Below, piece by piece: positions 19,531-32,200 of a stretch of 64,000 bases of DNA (position 1 is the first letter of the stretch; every line of letters starts with the position of its first letter). The DNA is from Escherichia coli (GTDB lineage: Bacteria > Pseudomonadota > Gammaproteobacteria > Enterobacterales > Enterobacteriaceae), in NCBI RefSeq assembly GCF_003991155.1, contig NZ_CP031293.1, one strand, 5' to 3'. The notes below the pieces were generated by a model that was not told where the DNA came from, searched no databases, and saw nothing but the letters and a program-made list of their open reading frames with translations. Position numbers and translations under genes: made by a program.

Positions 19531-19745
19531 TGTCTGTCCTCTATTATTGTAAGTAATCTCTATGAGATTTCGCTTTTCTCTATGTTGTTTCGACGTGAAC
19601 AATGATAGCGATTTTGCTTATGGTAATTTAGGGACGTTCAAAGAAGTTTTTTTTGAAAAATTCGAAGGGGCACGGATGGAAAGATAACGGTTAACACTGG
19701 ATGAGATCACGTTCGCTCGGAGCGAACGTAACCCTTTTACTTGGC

Positions 19746-20639
19746 TTATTTTTTCTTATTCCTGTCGTCTTCTACATGCTTTTCAACAGGGGAGTCTTTC
19801 AAGTGGTTGTTTTCCATCATGTAATCTTCAAGCGATTTCAGATAGCTCGCATCCGTCAGAAAAGCCATTGCTAACGGGTAGTCCGTTGCCTTTAGCATTC
19901 CTTCATCACGATCGTTGTCGCTGTCCTCGTGAAGCAGCGAAGAAATCAGTGAAAGCGGGATTTTAATGCCGTTATCTTCTCCCCAGAAGATCAGGTCCAT
20001 CATCGGGATAAGACGATATTCAATGATTTTTCTGAATGTGCTTTTGCCGAAACGATACTCTCTTGGCGCTGGAGACTTCATCTTAAGCTGTCTCTTCCAT
20101 TGAGGGATCAGCACTTTCAGATGTTCAATGATTTCTTCAGTTGATGCCTCTTCCAGATGAATATCGACAGTAATGCGTGAAAGATTATTAAGGGATGTTT
20201 CTTTTAGATACTCGGACAGAAATTCGGATTCGCTTAACGCGGAAAGCTCAGGCGTGGCTTCGGTTAATGCCAGCGTTTTCGCATAAAATTGCGCGTGGCT
20301 TCGTGTCGTAGGATTTACCGCGTAGGTTCTGGCAAGCTCATGTCCAAGGGTAGCGGTATCACCACTGAAAAAGATTTCACCGCTGAGGATCTTGTTGCGG
20401 TAATCATCCAGCATTAATCGGTTAAAGGTAGGTATGGTGTTCCGGCTCAACAACATTCTGTAAGCCAAGATACGCCGCTCAACCTCAACATAAAACTGCT
20501 GTAAGGTGAGTTTCTCTATCGCCTCATATCGTTCCACATCAAACCATGCTTCCAGTGCTTTCCTGATTTCACTTCTTTTCATCCATCCTCCAACAATCCA
20601 TTTCCTTTGATATATCTTCACAGGATCCGTTTGGAACAA
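19746..20639 (-). CDS. Hypothetical protein occupying the position next to tRNA-Ser where an integrase would be expected
   Basis: 297-aa ORF, no tyrosine- or serine-recombinase motifs recognisable; same orientation as alpA. Confidence 0.4.
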   Translation of the reverse strand: MFQTDPVKIYQRKWIVGGWMKRSEIRKALEAWFDVERYEAIEKLTLQQFYVEVERRILAYRMLLSRNTIPTFNRLMLDDYRNKILSGEIFFSGDTATLGHELARTYAVNPTTRSHAQFYAKTLALTEATPELSALSESEFLSEYLKETSLNNLSRITVDIHLEEASTEEIIEHLKVLIPQWKRQLKMKSPAPREYRFGKSTFRKIIEYRLIPMMDLIFWGEDNGIKIPLSLISSLLHEDSDNDRDEGMLKATDYPLAMAFLTDASYLKSLEDYMMENNHLKDSPVEKHVEDDRNKKK

Positions 20640-20860
20640 TTGAAGTTCAACTGTTTTGTCATCAGAGACGGGGGAATGGCTAAGTTGTTGTTAAGAGTGT
20701 GAACTCGAGAGCATAAAAGTGGATGCCCGACGCGCGGCAAAATGGTAAAAAACAGCATCAGTAGTAAGAAAAATTGAGCGAGAGAAAGGAATTTTAATGC
20801 AGGGATTTATGCATGACAAAATCAAAAATACTTTGTAAGTGATTGATTTTGTTGAATGAT

Positions 20861-20950
20861 TGGCGGAGAGAGGGGGATTTGAACCCCCGGTAGAGTTGCC
20901 CCTACTCCGGTTTTCGAGACCGGTCCGTTCAGCCGCTCCGGCATCTCTCC
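20861..20950 (-). tRNA. serU: tRNA-Ser (anticodon CGA), serU
   Basis: Reverse complement reads GGAGAGATGCCGGAGCGGCTGAACGGACCGGTCTCGAAAACCGGAGTAGGGGCAACTCTACCGGGGGTTCAAATCCCCCTCTCTCCGCCA, matching the E. coli serU sequence as I recall it. Confidence 0.95.
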
Positions 20951-21043
20951 GTTCAGATGGTTGCCATGATGCCAGGAAATTTGGCATTTTAACAGTCCCT
21001 GTCCGTGCAATTTTGTTCAAGTGACGAGTTTGCGAGCAAAACG

Positions 21044-21841
21044 ATGATTAAGTGGCCCTGGAAAGTACAAGAATCAGCACATCAAACTGCCCTTCCCTGG
21101 CAGGAAGCACTATCGATCCCCCTTTTAACGTGTCTGACGGAACAGGAACAAAGCAAATTAGTCACTCTTGCCGAACGTTTTTTACAGCAAAAGCGGCTTG
21201 TTCCTTTACAGGGCTTTGAACTGGATTCATTAAGAAGCTGCCGGATAGCACTTCTATTTTGCCTACCCGTTCTGGAGTTAGGACTGGAATGGCTGGATGG
21301 TTTTCATGAAGTCTTAATTTATCCTGCGCCATTTGTGGTCGATGATGAATGGGAAGACGATATCGGTCTGGTGCATAACCAACGTATTGTTCAGTCAGGT
21401 CAGAGCTGGCAGCAAGGGCCTATCGTTTTGAACTGGTTGGATATACAAGATTCTTTTGATGCTTCTGGTTTTAACCTGATTATTCATGAAGTCGCTCATA
21501 AGCTGGACACCCGTAACGGCGATCGCGCCAGCGGAGTTCCCTTTATTCCGTTGCGTGAGGTTGCTGGCTGGGAACACGATCTTCATGCTGCAATGAACAA
21601 CATTCAGGAAGAAATCGAATTGGTTGGCGAGAATGCGGCGAGCATCGATGCTTATGCTGCCAGTGATCCTGCTGAATGTTTTGCCGTACTTTCTGAATAT
21701 TTCTTTAGCGCCCCAGAACTTTTTGCTCCTCGTTTCCCTTCATTGTGGCAACGTTTCTGCCAATTTTATCAACAAGATCCTTTGCAGAGACTGCATCACG
21801 CTAATGATACAGACTCGTTTTCGGCGACGAATGTTCATTAA
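21044..21841 (+). CDS. mtfA: MtfA (Mlc titration factor A, zinc-dependent peptidase)
   Basis: MIKWPWK... and HEVAHKLD zinc-binding motif; near-identical over most of its length to E. coli MtfA, with a divergent C-terminal tail. Confidence 0.9.
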   Translation: MIKWPWKVQESAHQTALPWQEALSIPLLTCLTEQEQSKLVTLAERFLQQKRLVPLQGFELDSLRSCRIALLFCLPVLELGLEWLDGFHEVLIYPAPFVVDDEWEDDIGLVHNQRIVQSGQSWQQGPIVLNWLDIQDSFDASGFNLIIHEVAHKLDTRNGDRASGVPFIPLREVAGWEHDLHAAMNNIQEEIELVGENAASIDAYAASDPAECFAVLSEYFFSAPELFAPRFPSLWQRFCQFYQQDPLQRLHHANDTDSFSATNVH

Positions 21842-21941
21842 TTAACAACTTTGCAGATTAATTAACCAATTGAAATGACTTATGAAATTTATTGTTGACA
21901 GACAAGGTACCGCTAAGTAATATGCGCCCCGTTCACACGAT

Positions 21942-22017
21942 TCCTCTGTAGTTCAGTCGGTAGAACGGCGGACTGTTAATCCGTATGTCACTGGTTCGAG
22001 TCCAGTCAGAGGAGCCA
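21942..22017 (+). tRNA. asnT: tRNA-Asn (anticodon GTT), asnT locus
   Basis: TCCTCTGTAGTTCAGTCGGTAGAACGGCGGACTGTTAATCCGTATGTCACTGGTTCGAGTCCAGTCAGAGGAGCCA, matching E. coli tRNA-Asn. Confidence 0.95.
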
Positions 22018-22183
22018 AATTTTAGTCTTGAGACATCTCTATAAGTCTCAGGATAGTTAAAAAACAAGAACTTATCTTTACCCGGTTGTCTCGCAAGAGG
22101 CTGCTGGGTTTCTTGACATCCATAGTTTTTAGGGGCCTAATCAGGGGCCTCACGGTTCGGTGAGCAAACGGAGCCCCCACGCT

Positions 22184-23446
22184 ATGGCATTAACAGACAC
22201 CGCTATTCGCAAGACTAAACCCTCTGACAAACCCTTCAAAATGACGGACAGTTCTGGACTGTACCTGTTGATCAAACCTAACGGCTCAAAACTCTGGTAT
22301 ATGAAGTACCGCATCGACGGCAAAGAGAAGAAACTGGCCTTTGGCCCCTACCCGGAGATCTCCCTGTTGCAGGCTCGCCGCCTGCGCGAAACAGCACGCA
22401 ATAACATTCATGCAGGCGTCGATCCGGCTGCGGTGAAGCAAACCGAGAAACAGAAGAGGAAAAACGGGCAGACGTTCAGCCAGATCGCCATCAACTGGCA
22501 TAGCGAGCATAAACGCTGGTCTGAGCATTACGCGAAAACGGTTATGCGCAGGCTGGAAATGTACGTTTTCCCGGATATCGGGGATCGCCTTATCGAGGAG
22601 ATCGAAACGGAGGATTTGTTATTCACGTTGCGCAAGGTAGAGAGTAAAGGCTTTCTGGAAATCACCGCGCGGCTGAAAAACTACGTCACCGATATCATGC
22701 ACTACGCGATGAAAAAGAAACTGCTCAAAGCGAACCCGGCGCTGTATCTGGACGGTGAGTTTGCCGCGCCAGAAACCAGTCACTACCCGGCCCTGTCGCT
22801 GGATAAGTTGCCTGAGCTTTTATCCCGGACAGAGAATTACTGCGGCAGGCTGCTGACGAAATACGCCCTCAAACTTTCGCTGCTGTTTTTCGTGCGCTCC
22901 AGCGAGCTACGTTTTGCCCGCTGGAGTGAAATCGACTGGCAGCAAAAACTGTGGGTGATCCCGGAAGAACGCGAGCAGATCGAAAACGTGCGCTTCTCTT
23001 ACCGGGGGGCGAAAATGAAAATCCAGCACATTGTGCCGCTGTCGGATCAGGCGATTGCGATACTGAAGCAGATCGAGGCCCTCTCCGGGCATCTGGCCTT
23101 TATTTTTCCCGGCGAATACGACCAGAACAAGTGCATGAGCGACAACACCGTCAACAAGGCGCTGCGCGTGATGGGTTACGACACCAAAAAGGATATCTGC
23201 GGGCATGGCTTCCGGGCAATGGCCTGTAGTGCGCTGAGCGAATCGGGATTATGGAGCAAAGAAGCCATTGAAAAGCAGATGAGCCACCAGGAAAGAAACA
23301 GCGTCCGTGCTGCCTATATTCACAAGGCTGAATATCTGGAGGAACGGATCGAGATGATGCAGTGGTGGTCAGATTATCTTGATGCAAACAGTGACGGGTA
23401 TGTCTCGGCTTACCAGTATGCCCGCCGCCTAAAACAGGCGTCGTAA
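22184..23446 (+). CDS. int: P4-type tyrosine integrase
   Basis: MALTDTAIRKTKPSDKP...LYLLIKPNGSKLW N-terminus and C-terminal HGFRAMA...RAAYIH catalytic motifs; immediately downstream of tRNA-Asn. Confidence 0.9.
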   Translation: MALTDTAIRKTKPSDKPFKMTDSSGLYLLIKPNGSKLWYMKYRIDGKEKKLAFGPYPEISLLQARRLRETARNNIHAGVDPAAVKQTEKQKRKNGQTFSQIAINWHSEHKRWSEHYAKTVMRRLEMYVFPDIGDRLIEEIETEDLLFTLRKVESKGFLEITARLKNYVTDIMHYAMKKKLLKANPALYLDGEFAAPETSHYPALSLDKLPELLSRTENYCGRLLTKYALKLSLLFFVRSSELRFARWSEIDWQQKLWVIPEEREQIENVRFSYRGAKMKIQHIVPLSDQAIAILKQIEALSGHLAFIFPGEYDQNKCMSDNTVNKALRVMGYDTKKDICGHGFRAMACSALSESGLWSKEAIEKQMSHQERNSVRAAYIHKAEYLEERIEMMQWWSDYLDANSDGYVSAYQYARRLKQAS

Positions 23447-23540
23447 GTTAACAAAGCATCAGAGGGGGAAAAGGTATATTCCCCCTTTGTGCGTTTCAAA
23501 TGTCGATGCTGACTGTAGCTTTTAAACTAAATTACTGGAT

Positions 23541-23569
23541 AAAAAGTAGCTTTTAAGCTACTATCTTTT
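23541..23569. promoter_or_regulatory. Palindrome agtagctt-tt-aagctact, with a related copy about 30 bp upstream; candidate operator
   Basis: Perfect 8-bp-arm inverted repeat immediately before the toxin-gene start. Confidence 0.3.
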
Positions 23570-23738
23570 ATGAAAACGATAAAGACCTACATAACTGCCG
23601 ACGGGCGAGATCTGTATGCAGAGTTTTTTAAAGGGTTACGCAACCCCATCGCGAAGGCAACGATCGCTTCCCGGATCAACCGGATGGCTTCGGACAATTT
23701 TGGCGACCATAAGCCCTGCCGGGAAGGTGTCTGGGAAC
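23570..23738 (+). pseudogene. 5' fragment of an addiction-module killer protein (RelE/ParE superfamily), truncated by IS insertion
   Basis: MKTIKTYITADGRDLYAEFFKGL...NFGDHKPCREGVWEL runs directly into the IS terminal repeat at 23739; no continuation on the other side. Confidence 0.45.
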
Positions 23739-23746
23739 TGTAGTGG

Positions 23747-25709
<1,963 letters not shown>

Positions 25710-25988
25710 ATCTCGTTCTCCTTCATAACATTCCAGATTCCAGAGGTACTTCGTGCTGCTATAACGTACCCGACAACCGGAACACCGGGACAGACAATGG
25801 ATGCGGTATTCGGTTATAAAACGGTATATATTTAAATAGTGAACACCATGAGCGTAATATATTTATTTGATGAATGTATTGATGAAAGGAAAATTGCTTT
25901 TTAGCTATTATCGGCGGGTGTATAATTTAGTCCGTTTTTTTCAAATAAATAATCGCAAATAGCATCTGATGCCACTGAGGACGCAGGT

Positions 25989-26780
25989 ATGAATTTCAGA
26001 CCAGCAGTATATTTATGTGCAGCAACATTTTTACTGGCTGGCTGTGCGCCACGCTCCCCCATTGATGCGAAGAAAACGGGCGCATCCGCCAAAGAGAGCA
26101 GCATCAGCAAAAACACAACGGCACAACTGACCGATAAAGATATTTTTGGCAATGAAACCACGCTGGCAGTTTCTGAGGAAGATATTCAGGCAGCACTGGA
26201 AGGCGAAGCGTTCCGCGTGCCGCTGAATTCACCCGTGATTCTGGTTCAATCCGGTAGCCGCGCACCGGAGGCCATGATGCAGCAGGAAATGAGTAAATAT
26301 TATACCGTTGCCACATTCTCCGGTATCCCGGACAGACAAAAACCTGTGACCTGTAACAAAGACAAAAACAAAGATAAAAGCGAGAACCAGGATGTTGCTG
26401 TTGTTGAGAATATGAACTGGATGCAGGCACTGCGTTTTGTGGCTGCAAAAGGACATCAGAAATCGATTATTGTTTACCAGGATACGTTGCAGACAGGAAA
26501 ATATGACTCTGCGCTGAAATCAACAGTGTGGTCAGATTATAAAAATCAAAAACTAACTGACACAATGTCATTACGTTTTTTGGTTCGCTTCACTCTGGTG
26601 GATGTGGCAACTGGCGAGTGGGCTACCTGGTCACCTGTAAATTATGAGTCCAGAGTTATCTTCCCTCAGACTGAAAAAAAGGGTGCAATCACTACCGATG
26701 TGACAGAGCAACAAATCACCCAGCTTAAGCAGAAAACATACGCAGCAATGACCAGGGATCTGGTGAACCGCTATCAGTAA
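25989..26780 (+). CDS. Hypothetical lipoprotein
   Basis: Signal peptide with lipobox [10 protein letters not shown]; GAGGA RBS. Confidence 0.5.
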   Translation: MNFRPAVYLCAATFLLAGCAPRSPIDAKKTGASAKESSISKNTTAQLTDKDIFGNETTLAVSEEDIQAALEGEAFRVPLNSPVILVQSGSRAPEAMMQQEMSKYYTVATFSGIPDRQKPVTCNKDKNKDKSENQDVAVVENMNWMQALRFVAAKGHQKSIIVYQDTLQTGKYDSALKSTVWSDYKNQKLTDTMSLRFLVRFTLVDVATGEWATWSPVNYESRVIFPQTEKKGAITTDVTEQQITQLKQKTYAAMTRDLVNRYQ

Positions 26781-26988
26781 GCAACATCCCCCTTACCTGC
26801 CGCTAATAAATAGTGGCGGCAGGCACTGGCACGAAAAACTCCCTGATGCTGACGATTATTAAACATCTTTCTGGTATTTTCTGTTGCAAACCATCCCATT
26901 CATAGCATATCAGTATCCATCATTTTAAATTTACAGTGATTGTATGCCTCAAAGCTAATCGCTTCCGATGATGGTGCCCGCAATAAAT

Positions 26989-27288
26989 TTAATCGGAATC
27001 GTCTTCTGTATCCTCCTCATATGAATCCCTGACGGTCCCCAGTTTTGTATTGCCATTGGCAGGCGTCCCATCTCCCATCAGAACGTCGATGTCATAGCCA
27101 GGATATTGTTTCTTTATATTGCGTTTGAACTCTGAGACCGTCGAATCATTTTTGGACATTTTCACCCGCTGATATTGTGGCATATCTTTTTTATCACCCC
27201 GGACGTCCTTACCATCGGGTGTTTTGAAGCGAACATCAAATCCCTGTACATCCCAGATTTTCTTTTCAACATTTTTTACTAATGGCAT
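26989..27288 (-). CDS. Hypothetical small protein with acidic C-terminal tail, downstream of hcp
   Basis: 99-aa ORF, no signal peptide; last gene of the T6SS operon direction. Confidence 0.35.
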   Translation of the reverse strand: MPLVKNVEKKIWDVQGFDVRFKTPDGKDVRGDKKDMPQYQRVKMSKNDSTVSEFKRNIKKQYPGYDIDVLMGDGTPANGNTKLGTVRDSYEEDTEDDSD

Positions 27289-27340
27289 TTTTATTCTCTC
27301 TTCAGAAAATTACACTAAATCAAAAAAAGTATCGCTATTC

Positions 27341-27820
27341 TTAATAGAGTCTCTCTTCCCATAAGCTATATGCACTGGTTCCTGCAACACAGTGCTCCTG
27401 AGTAATACTTTCATAGGTGAATGATATGGCCTCTTCTGGTTGTCCCTGGCTATTGTTGACAGTGTGCGGCACAATATGCTTTATGCTGGCAATGCGGGCG
27501 TTAATCAGCTTCACTTTGAAATACAGCTCGTTAATACCAAAACGGTTGGTGCGGTAATACTCAAAATCACAGGTCAGACACTCATTTTCGCTGATAGCCT
27601 TACTCAACAAAGGGGAAGATTTATCCACGGGTTTCTGAATAATGAGCGCTTGATGATTCACGTTTTGTGCACGGGTTAATCCGTGGCTGAGTCCCAGCAC
27701 CATGATCTGATCCATATGCGCAATCTGCGCTTTGTTCCCAATAGATGCCAGTGATGAACAGCCTGCGGAGATCAGCCCCTGGAGATCGCCGTTCAGTGTC
27801 AGGTAAACAGGATTTGCCAT
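27341..27820 (-). CDS. hcp: Hcp-family T6SS tube protein (second copy)
   Basis: MANPVYLTLNGDLQG... with KPVDKSSPLL and ELYFKVKL pattern typical of Hcp; AAGGAG RBS. Confidence 0.7.
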   Translation of the reverse strand: MANPVYLTLNGDLQGLISAGCSSLASIGNKAQIAHMDQIMVLGLSHGLTRAQNVNHQALIIQKPVDKSSPLLSKAISENECLTCDFEYYRTNRFGINELYFKVKLINARIASIKHIVPHTVNNSQGQPEEAISFTYESITQEHCVAGTSAYSLWEERLY

Positions 27821-27841
27821 ATTAAGCTCCTTGGTCCGGGG

Positions 27842-29197
27842 TTATTTCCCGACCCCTTTATCAATAATTGCCGTTTCCGGTAGAGAGTGATTTTTCAGCA
27901 ACAACCAGCGACTTAACACGCCGTCCAGCCGCTCGTTAATCTGTTTTTCCAGTACGTCGGTATTCTGCCCCTGCGCACGGGCGTCCTGGTACTGCGTCAG
28001 CAGCGACTCAACGGGTGTTTCCTGCCCCAGCCCCCGCTCCGCCTGCCAGATAACATTTTTGATGTAGGAAAGGGTTACCCCCTCTTTCTCACGTTTCATC
28101 ACGAGGTCTGCAAAGGCATGTAAGTCCTGGCGGGCCTGTAACCAGCCGCGTAACTGTGGACTACTCTGCGCACGAGTTTTCAGCGTCTCATTCCACTGTG
28201 CGGTGGCCTGCTGCTGTTGCAGACTCTCCGGCCAGCGGCTGTCGGCGGTACGCGCCATCTGTAAGCCCGTATTCAGCGGCTGAACAGGTGAAGCATCAAG
28301 GAGTTGCTGTAGCCTGCGCTCATAGTTTTCCAGCTCAGGCGACACAAGCCAGACTGTCGCAGCGCCCTGCGCGGTATCGCTGACCTGGGTGAGTTGTTGC
28401 TGCATGGGAGAGACCAGCCACCACCAGAGAGCGGCGGCAACAGCCCCGGAGCAGAGAACACCCGCGATAAAACCTTTCACCGCACTGCCCTGCTTTGCCA
28501 CACTGGTCGGTGGCGTACTGTCAGCCAGGCTGCGCACCTCCACCTTCATCTCCGGCAGTTCAGGCAGCGGCGGCATCACCGTTTCGGTTGCTGGCGTAAT
28601 ACCGTTTTCCGGGGCATAAATCAGCGTTCTGACCGTGGTCTGTGCGGTGTGTTCAACGCTGCTTTTCGGCTGCGGCTCAAGTCGTTTACGCGTGTTCTGA
28701 ACAAAATAAAGCAGGTTTTCCACGCGCGGCTGGCGCTTCAGTTCCACCTGCTGGAGCTTGTCACAGATAAGCTGTAGTGCCCGTTCCGTGCGATATAACA
28801 GAGGCAGGTCAGCCTCCACAAAGGATATCTGCTGGCGCAGGATATTCCCGGTGCGGGTGTTGAACCAGTCCAGCATCTCGGTCCGCGCCGGGCCGCCCTG
28901 CGGCCAGAAGTTATCCCACTCGTGAGTGACCATCGCCGCCAGCAATTCCGCCCCTTCGCAGAATCCCGCCAGCCCCTGTGTCCGGGTCCGGGCCAGCGTG
29001 TAGTAGGTGGCGGTATGCAAATCCACCCCGTTGGCCTTAAATATCGCCAGCGCCAGCGACTCCACCAGTTTCCAGTTCAGCTCCGGCTGCGACGGGTGGC
29101 TGGCCTTGTTGATTTCCTCGCGGATGGCGCTGAACTCTGGCAGGCCACGCGGGTCACTGCCGGTAACGATAGTTTGTGTCAGTACGTTATTGCTCAT
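27842..29197 (-). CDS. vasL: T6SS-associated protein VasL-like (ImpA N-terminal domain, TM segment)
   Basis: From ATG 29197: MSNNVLTQTIVTGSDPRGLPEFSAIREEINKASHPSQPELNW is the ImpA_N signature; internal hydrophobic segment; last core-cluster position as in the Vibrio cholerae vas cluster. Confidence 0.6.
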   Translation of the reverse strand: MSNNVLTQTIVTGSDPRGLPEFSAIREEINKASHPSQPELNWKLVESLALAIFKANGVDLHTATYYTLARTRTQGLAGFCEGAELLAAMVTHEWDNFWPQGGPARTEMLDWFNTRTGNILRQQISFVEADLPLLYRTERALQLICDKLQQVELKRQPRVENLLYFVQNTRKRLEPQPKSSVEHTAQTTVRTLIYAPENGITPATETVMPPLPELPEMKVEVRSLADSTPPTSVAKQGSAVKGFIAGVLCSGAVAAALWWWLVSPMQQQLTQVSDTAQGAATVWLVSPELENYERRLQQLLDASPVQPLNTGLQMARTADSRWPESLQQQQATAQWNETLKTRAQSSPQLRGWLQARQDLHAFADLVMKREKEGVTLSYIKNVIWQAERGLGQETPVESLLTQYQDARAQGQNTDVLEKQINERLDGVLSRWLLLKNHSLPETAIIDKGVGK

Positions 29198-29207
29198 CCC
29201 TGTCTCC

Positions 29208-32200
29208 TCAGTACAGCGTGTCCGACAGCCTGAACTGGCTGAAAAGCCCGCCACTGAATGGATTGTCCTCGGTGTCAGCGTGTATCCTGTAGACCATCGC
29301 GCCACCGTCCACGTTAAACCGCACGCTGAATGTCCCTGCCTCAACGCTGGTTAACTGCCCTGCCCCGAACAGGCGGAACTGCGCCCACGGCCCGGTGAAA
29401 CGGATGCTGCGCGGCGCTCCGCCGCTGACACCTATCAGCGTCAGTTTGCTTTCATTGCCTTCCCGCATATTGTTCGGCCACACCAGGTGGGCGGTATAGT
29501 TGCGGCCCTGGCTGTAATCGACTAACTGACCGTCGAGGTTCAGTACACTGCGCCGTTTGTTGCCGGAGAGCGATACCGTTTCCACCGCAAACTGCGTTCC
29601 CAGACCGTTTTGTTTACTGAAGAAGATGTCGCGAATCTTCTGCGCAGTATCCAGTTGCCGGATGATGTCCTCACGGATAATCACCCCGTCATCGCCATCA
29701 CGGCTCAGGTCATTTTCAATAAACAGTTTCAGGTTCTGCTGCCAGAATGTGTCCAGTACGCCATCCGGTTTAAAGAAACGCTCAAACGCATCCAGTGAGG
29801 CATCCTGCGCCGAGCGCGGATTAAACGGATAGTTACCGGCAAGCTGTTCATTGAACGGTTTCACCACGTTGTCACGCCAGTCAATTTCCATATAGTGAAC
29901 GGCCTCCACCATCACCACATGCCAGGCCTGGTCGGCCAGCTTGCCCACCCAGCGGTTAAGTGGCGCGGGCAGGGTTTTCGCCATCTGGCGGGTGGCGAAT
30001 ATCGGGTCGCTACTGTTCTGGTCCAGACGTAGCTGGACGGCTTTCAGCGCCGATTTCCCCGGCACCGGCGCGTTCTGGATCGCCAGCAGATAGCGGTGCA
30101 GTTCCGTTAACTGCTGGTACACCGCCTGCATGGTACTTTCTTTGTCCTTCTGCACCGCGAGCGTACTGTTTTCCGGGGCGAATTCATGCCCGAGGCGCGT
30201 CAGCAGGCGGTAGTCCGGCTCCGCCAGCGCGTCCTCCCGTTCTTTATCAGAGAGTTTTTCAGAGAGTACCGCAGGCTGCGTGTTATCACGCAGGGCAGTC
30301 AGCGCCCGCTGAAGTGGCTGGTCACCACTGATAATCTGCTCCAGCGCACCGGTCAGTTGCGCAATGGATTCATAATCCCGGACGTTCAGGTTATCCATCC
30401 CGGCCCGCCAGGTGGCGGTGTAGTCGCTGAGATACTGTTCAGTCAGCTGGCGCTGGATCTCTGTCTGGTCAGCGTCGCTGTATTTCACGCTGCGGGTGAG
30501 GTTGAGTACCCAGGAATCCATCGCCGTCAGTTCAACCAGTTCATCGCGCTGCTTCACAAAGTAGCTTTGCAGGCCGTAACGGGTGAGAAACTGCGGAACA
30601 ACCAGTTTGTTGTCATCGGCAGACGTGAACACCTGCTCAAAGGTCGGCCCCACCTGGTCACGCAGGTTAAGGTCAGCAGGCAGTACGCCCAGTGCCCGCG
30701 TTTTCAGGCTCTGGTAAACCCGCTGGTAGACAGGCAGTTTGCTCAGTTCTTTCTGTGCTGACACAACGGGCTTGTCATACGGCATCCAGCGGCTGATGGC
30801 GTCACCGTCACCCGCCTGACGCTCTGCGTGCCAGTCCGTGTGCGCCAGCGCGTAGTCAAGATGAGACATCAGTTGCGCCTGGATATCGCGCTGGCCGTGG
30901 AACTTTTCGCTCCAGCGTTTTGCCATATACTGCTTTACGACCTCATTATTACGTCCGCTTTTATCCTCCAGCATTCGCATCACGCGCAGCACAGCGAGTT
31001 TTTCCTCGCTCTCCGGCGGCGCGGCGTTCATCTCTTTGACCAGCCCGTTAAACAGGGCAGGCAAATAACGCTGCTCCAGCAGTTGCAGGTAGGTCTGCTC
31101 CACATACGGCCCGACACGCCGCCCCTGGTATAACCCCATATCCGCCAGGCGGCTGCGGTCGCCCCAGTCGCCATAAGCAAGAGTGGCATCACGTACCGGG
31201 TTCAGCAGCGGCAGTTGCAGGTTGCCATAGTCATCCATCCCCTGCGGGGGCGTGATATCCATAAACGCTTTCGCCTGCTTCAGCACCAGGACGCCGGAGG
31301 CATAGTTGTCATTGTAATAATGGTGCCAGCCGGTGATTAACAGCAGCGCCGCCACGCCGCCCGTTGCGGAAAAGGCGGTCAGGCGGCGGCGACTGCTGGT
31401 CAGCCAGGTCCGGCTCTCCGTTGCCAGGTTAGGCTCTGCCAGTAATGCCTGCGGGAACAGGTTGCGGGTGAAATACGGCGTGGTATCCACCAGCGGCCAG
31501 GCCGTCAGCGGACTGCTGCCCAGCCGGTACTGGCGGGCGGCGGACTGGGTAAAGATGTCATCCATCTGGCCGCGTTGCAGTGACGAGGTGAGATAGACGC
31601 CGCGCAGCATGACGTCCATGTTTTCGCCATCCAGCAATCCATCCAGCAGCGCCACCAGGGATTCCCGGCTTCCCTGCATCTGGCGGGCAAAGCTGAACAG
31701 GGAGCCACGCATATGGCTCTGCGCCAGCATCAGATCCGGCAGCGCCTGGTTCATTCGGTCACACCACGACTGCCAGAAGGCATTAAGTTCGCTTCGCCAG
31801 TCCTCGTTTTCATGGGCACGACGGGTGAACGTGACGCCCAGAATGGTGTCACGATCTTTTTTATCCAGTGACTGAAACAGCGTGGCAAAACCATGCAGCA
31901 GATCCAGCCGGGTCAGCACCACATAGACCGGCAACTGGCAGTGAAGCTGCTGGCGTACATCCTGGAGGCGGCTGCGCAGCGTCTGTAGCAGATACTCACG
32001 GCGGCGCTTGTCGGCGGTCAGCAGGTCAGGTAAATCGAGGGTCAGAATGAGCCCGTTCAGCGGCTGACGGGCGCGCTTCTCTACCAGCCAGCCCAGGGCA
32101 TGTTCCCATAACCGGCGGTGCAAAACATTTGCATCCGGCTGTTCACAGAGCGAGCCATCAATATCGAATATCACCGCCTGTTGCCCGACATGCGGGATGA

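Noticed and set aside
20691-21020. ORFs 20691..21020 and 20822..21010 on the minus strand
   Set aside because: They overlap the tRNA-Ser gene and the mtfA 5' region; the tRNA assignment explains the sequence and no RBS or protein motif supports them
22907-23387. ORFs 22907..23206 (-), 22951..23229 (+), 23151..23387 (-) within the integrase gene
   Set aside because: Out-of-frame or antisense overlaps of a well-supported integrase coding sequence
26773-26818. Hairpin cctgccgc...gcggcagg after the lipoprotein gene as a terminator
   Set aside because: Good stem but no T-run on either strand, so not called as an intrinsic terminator
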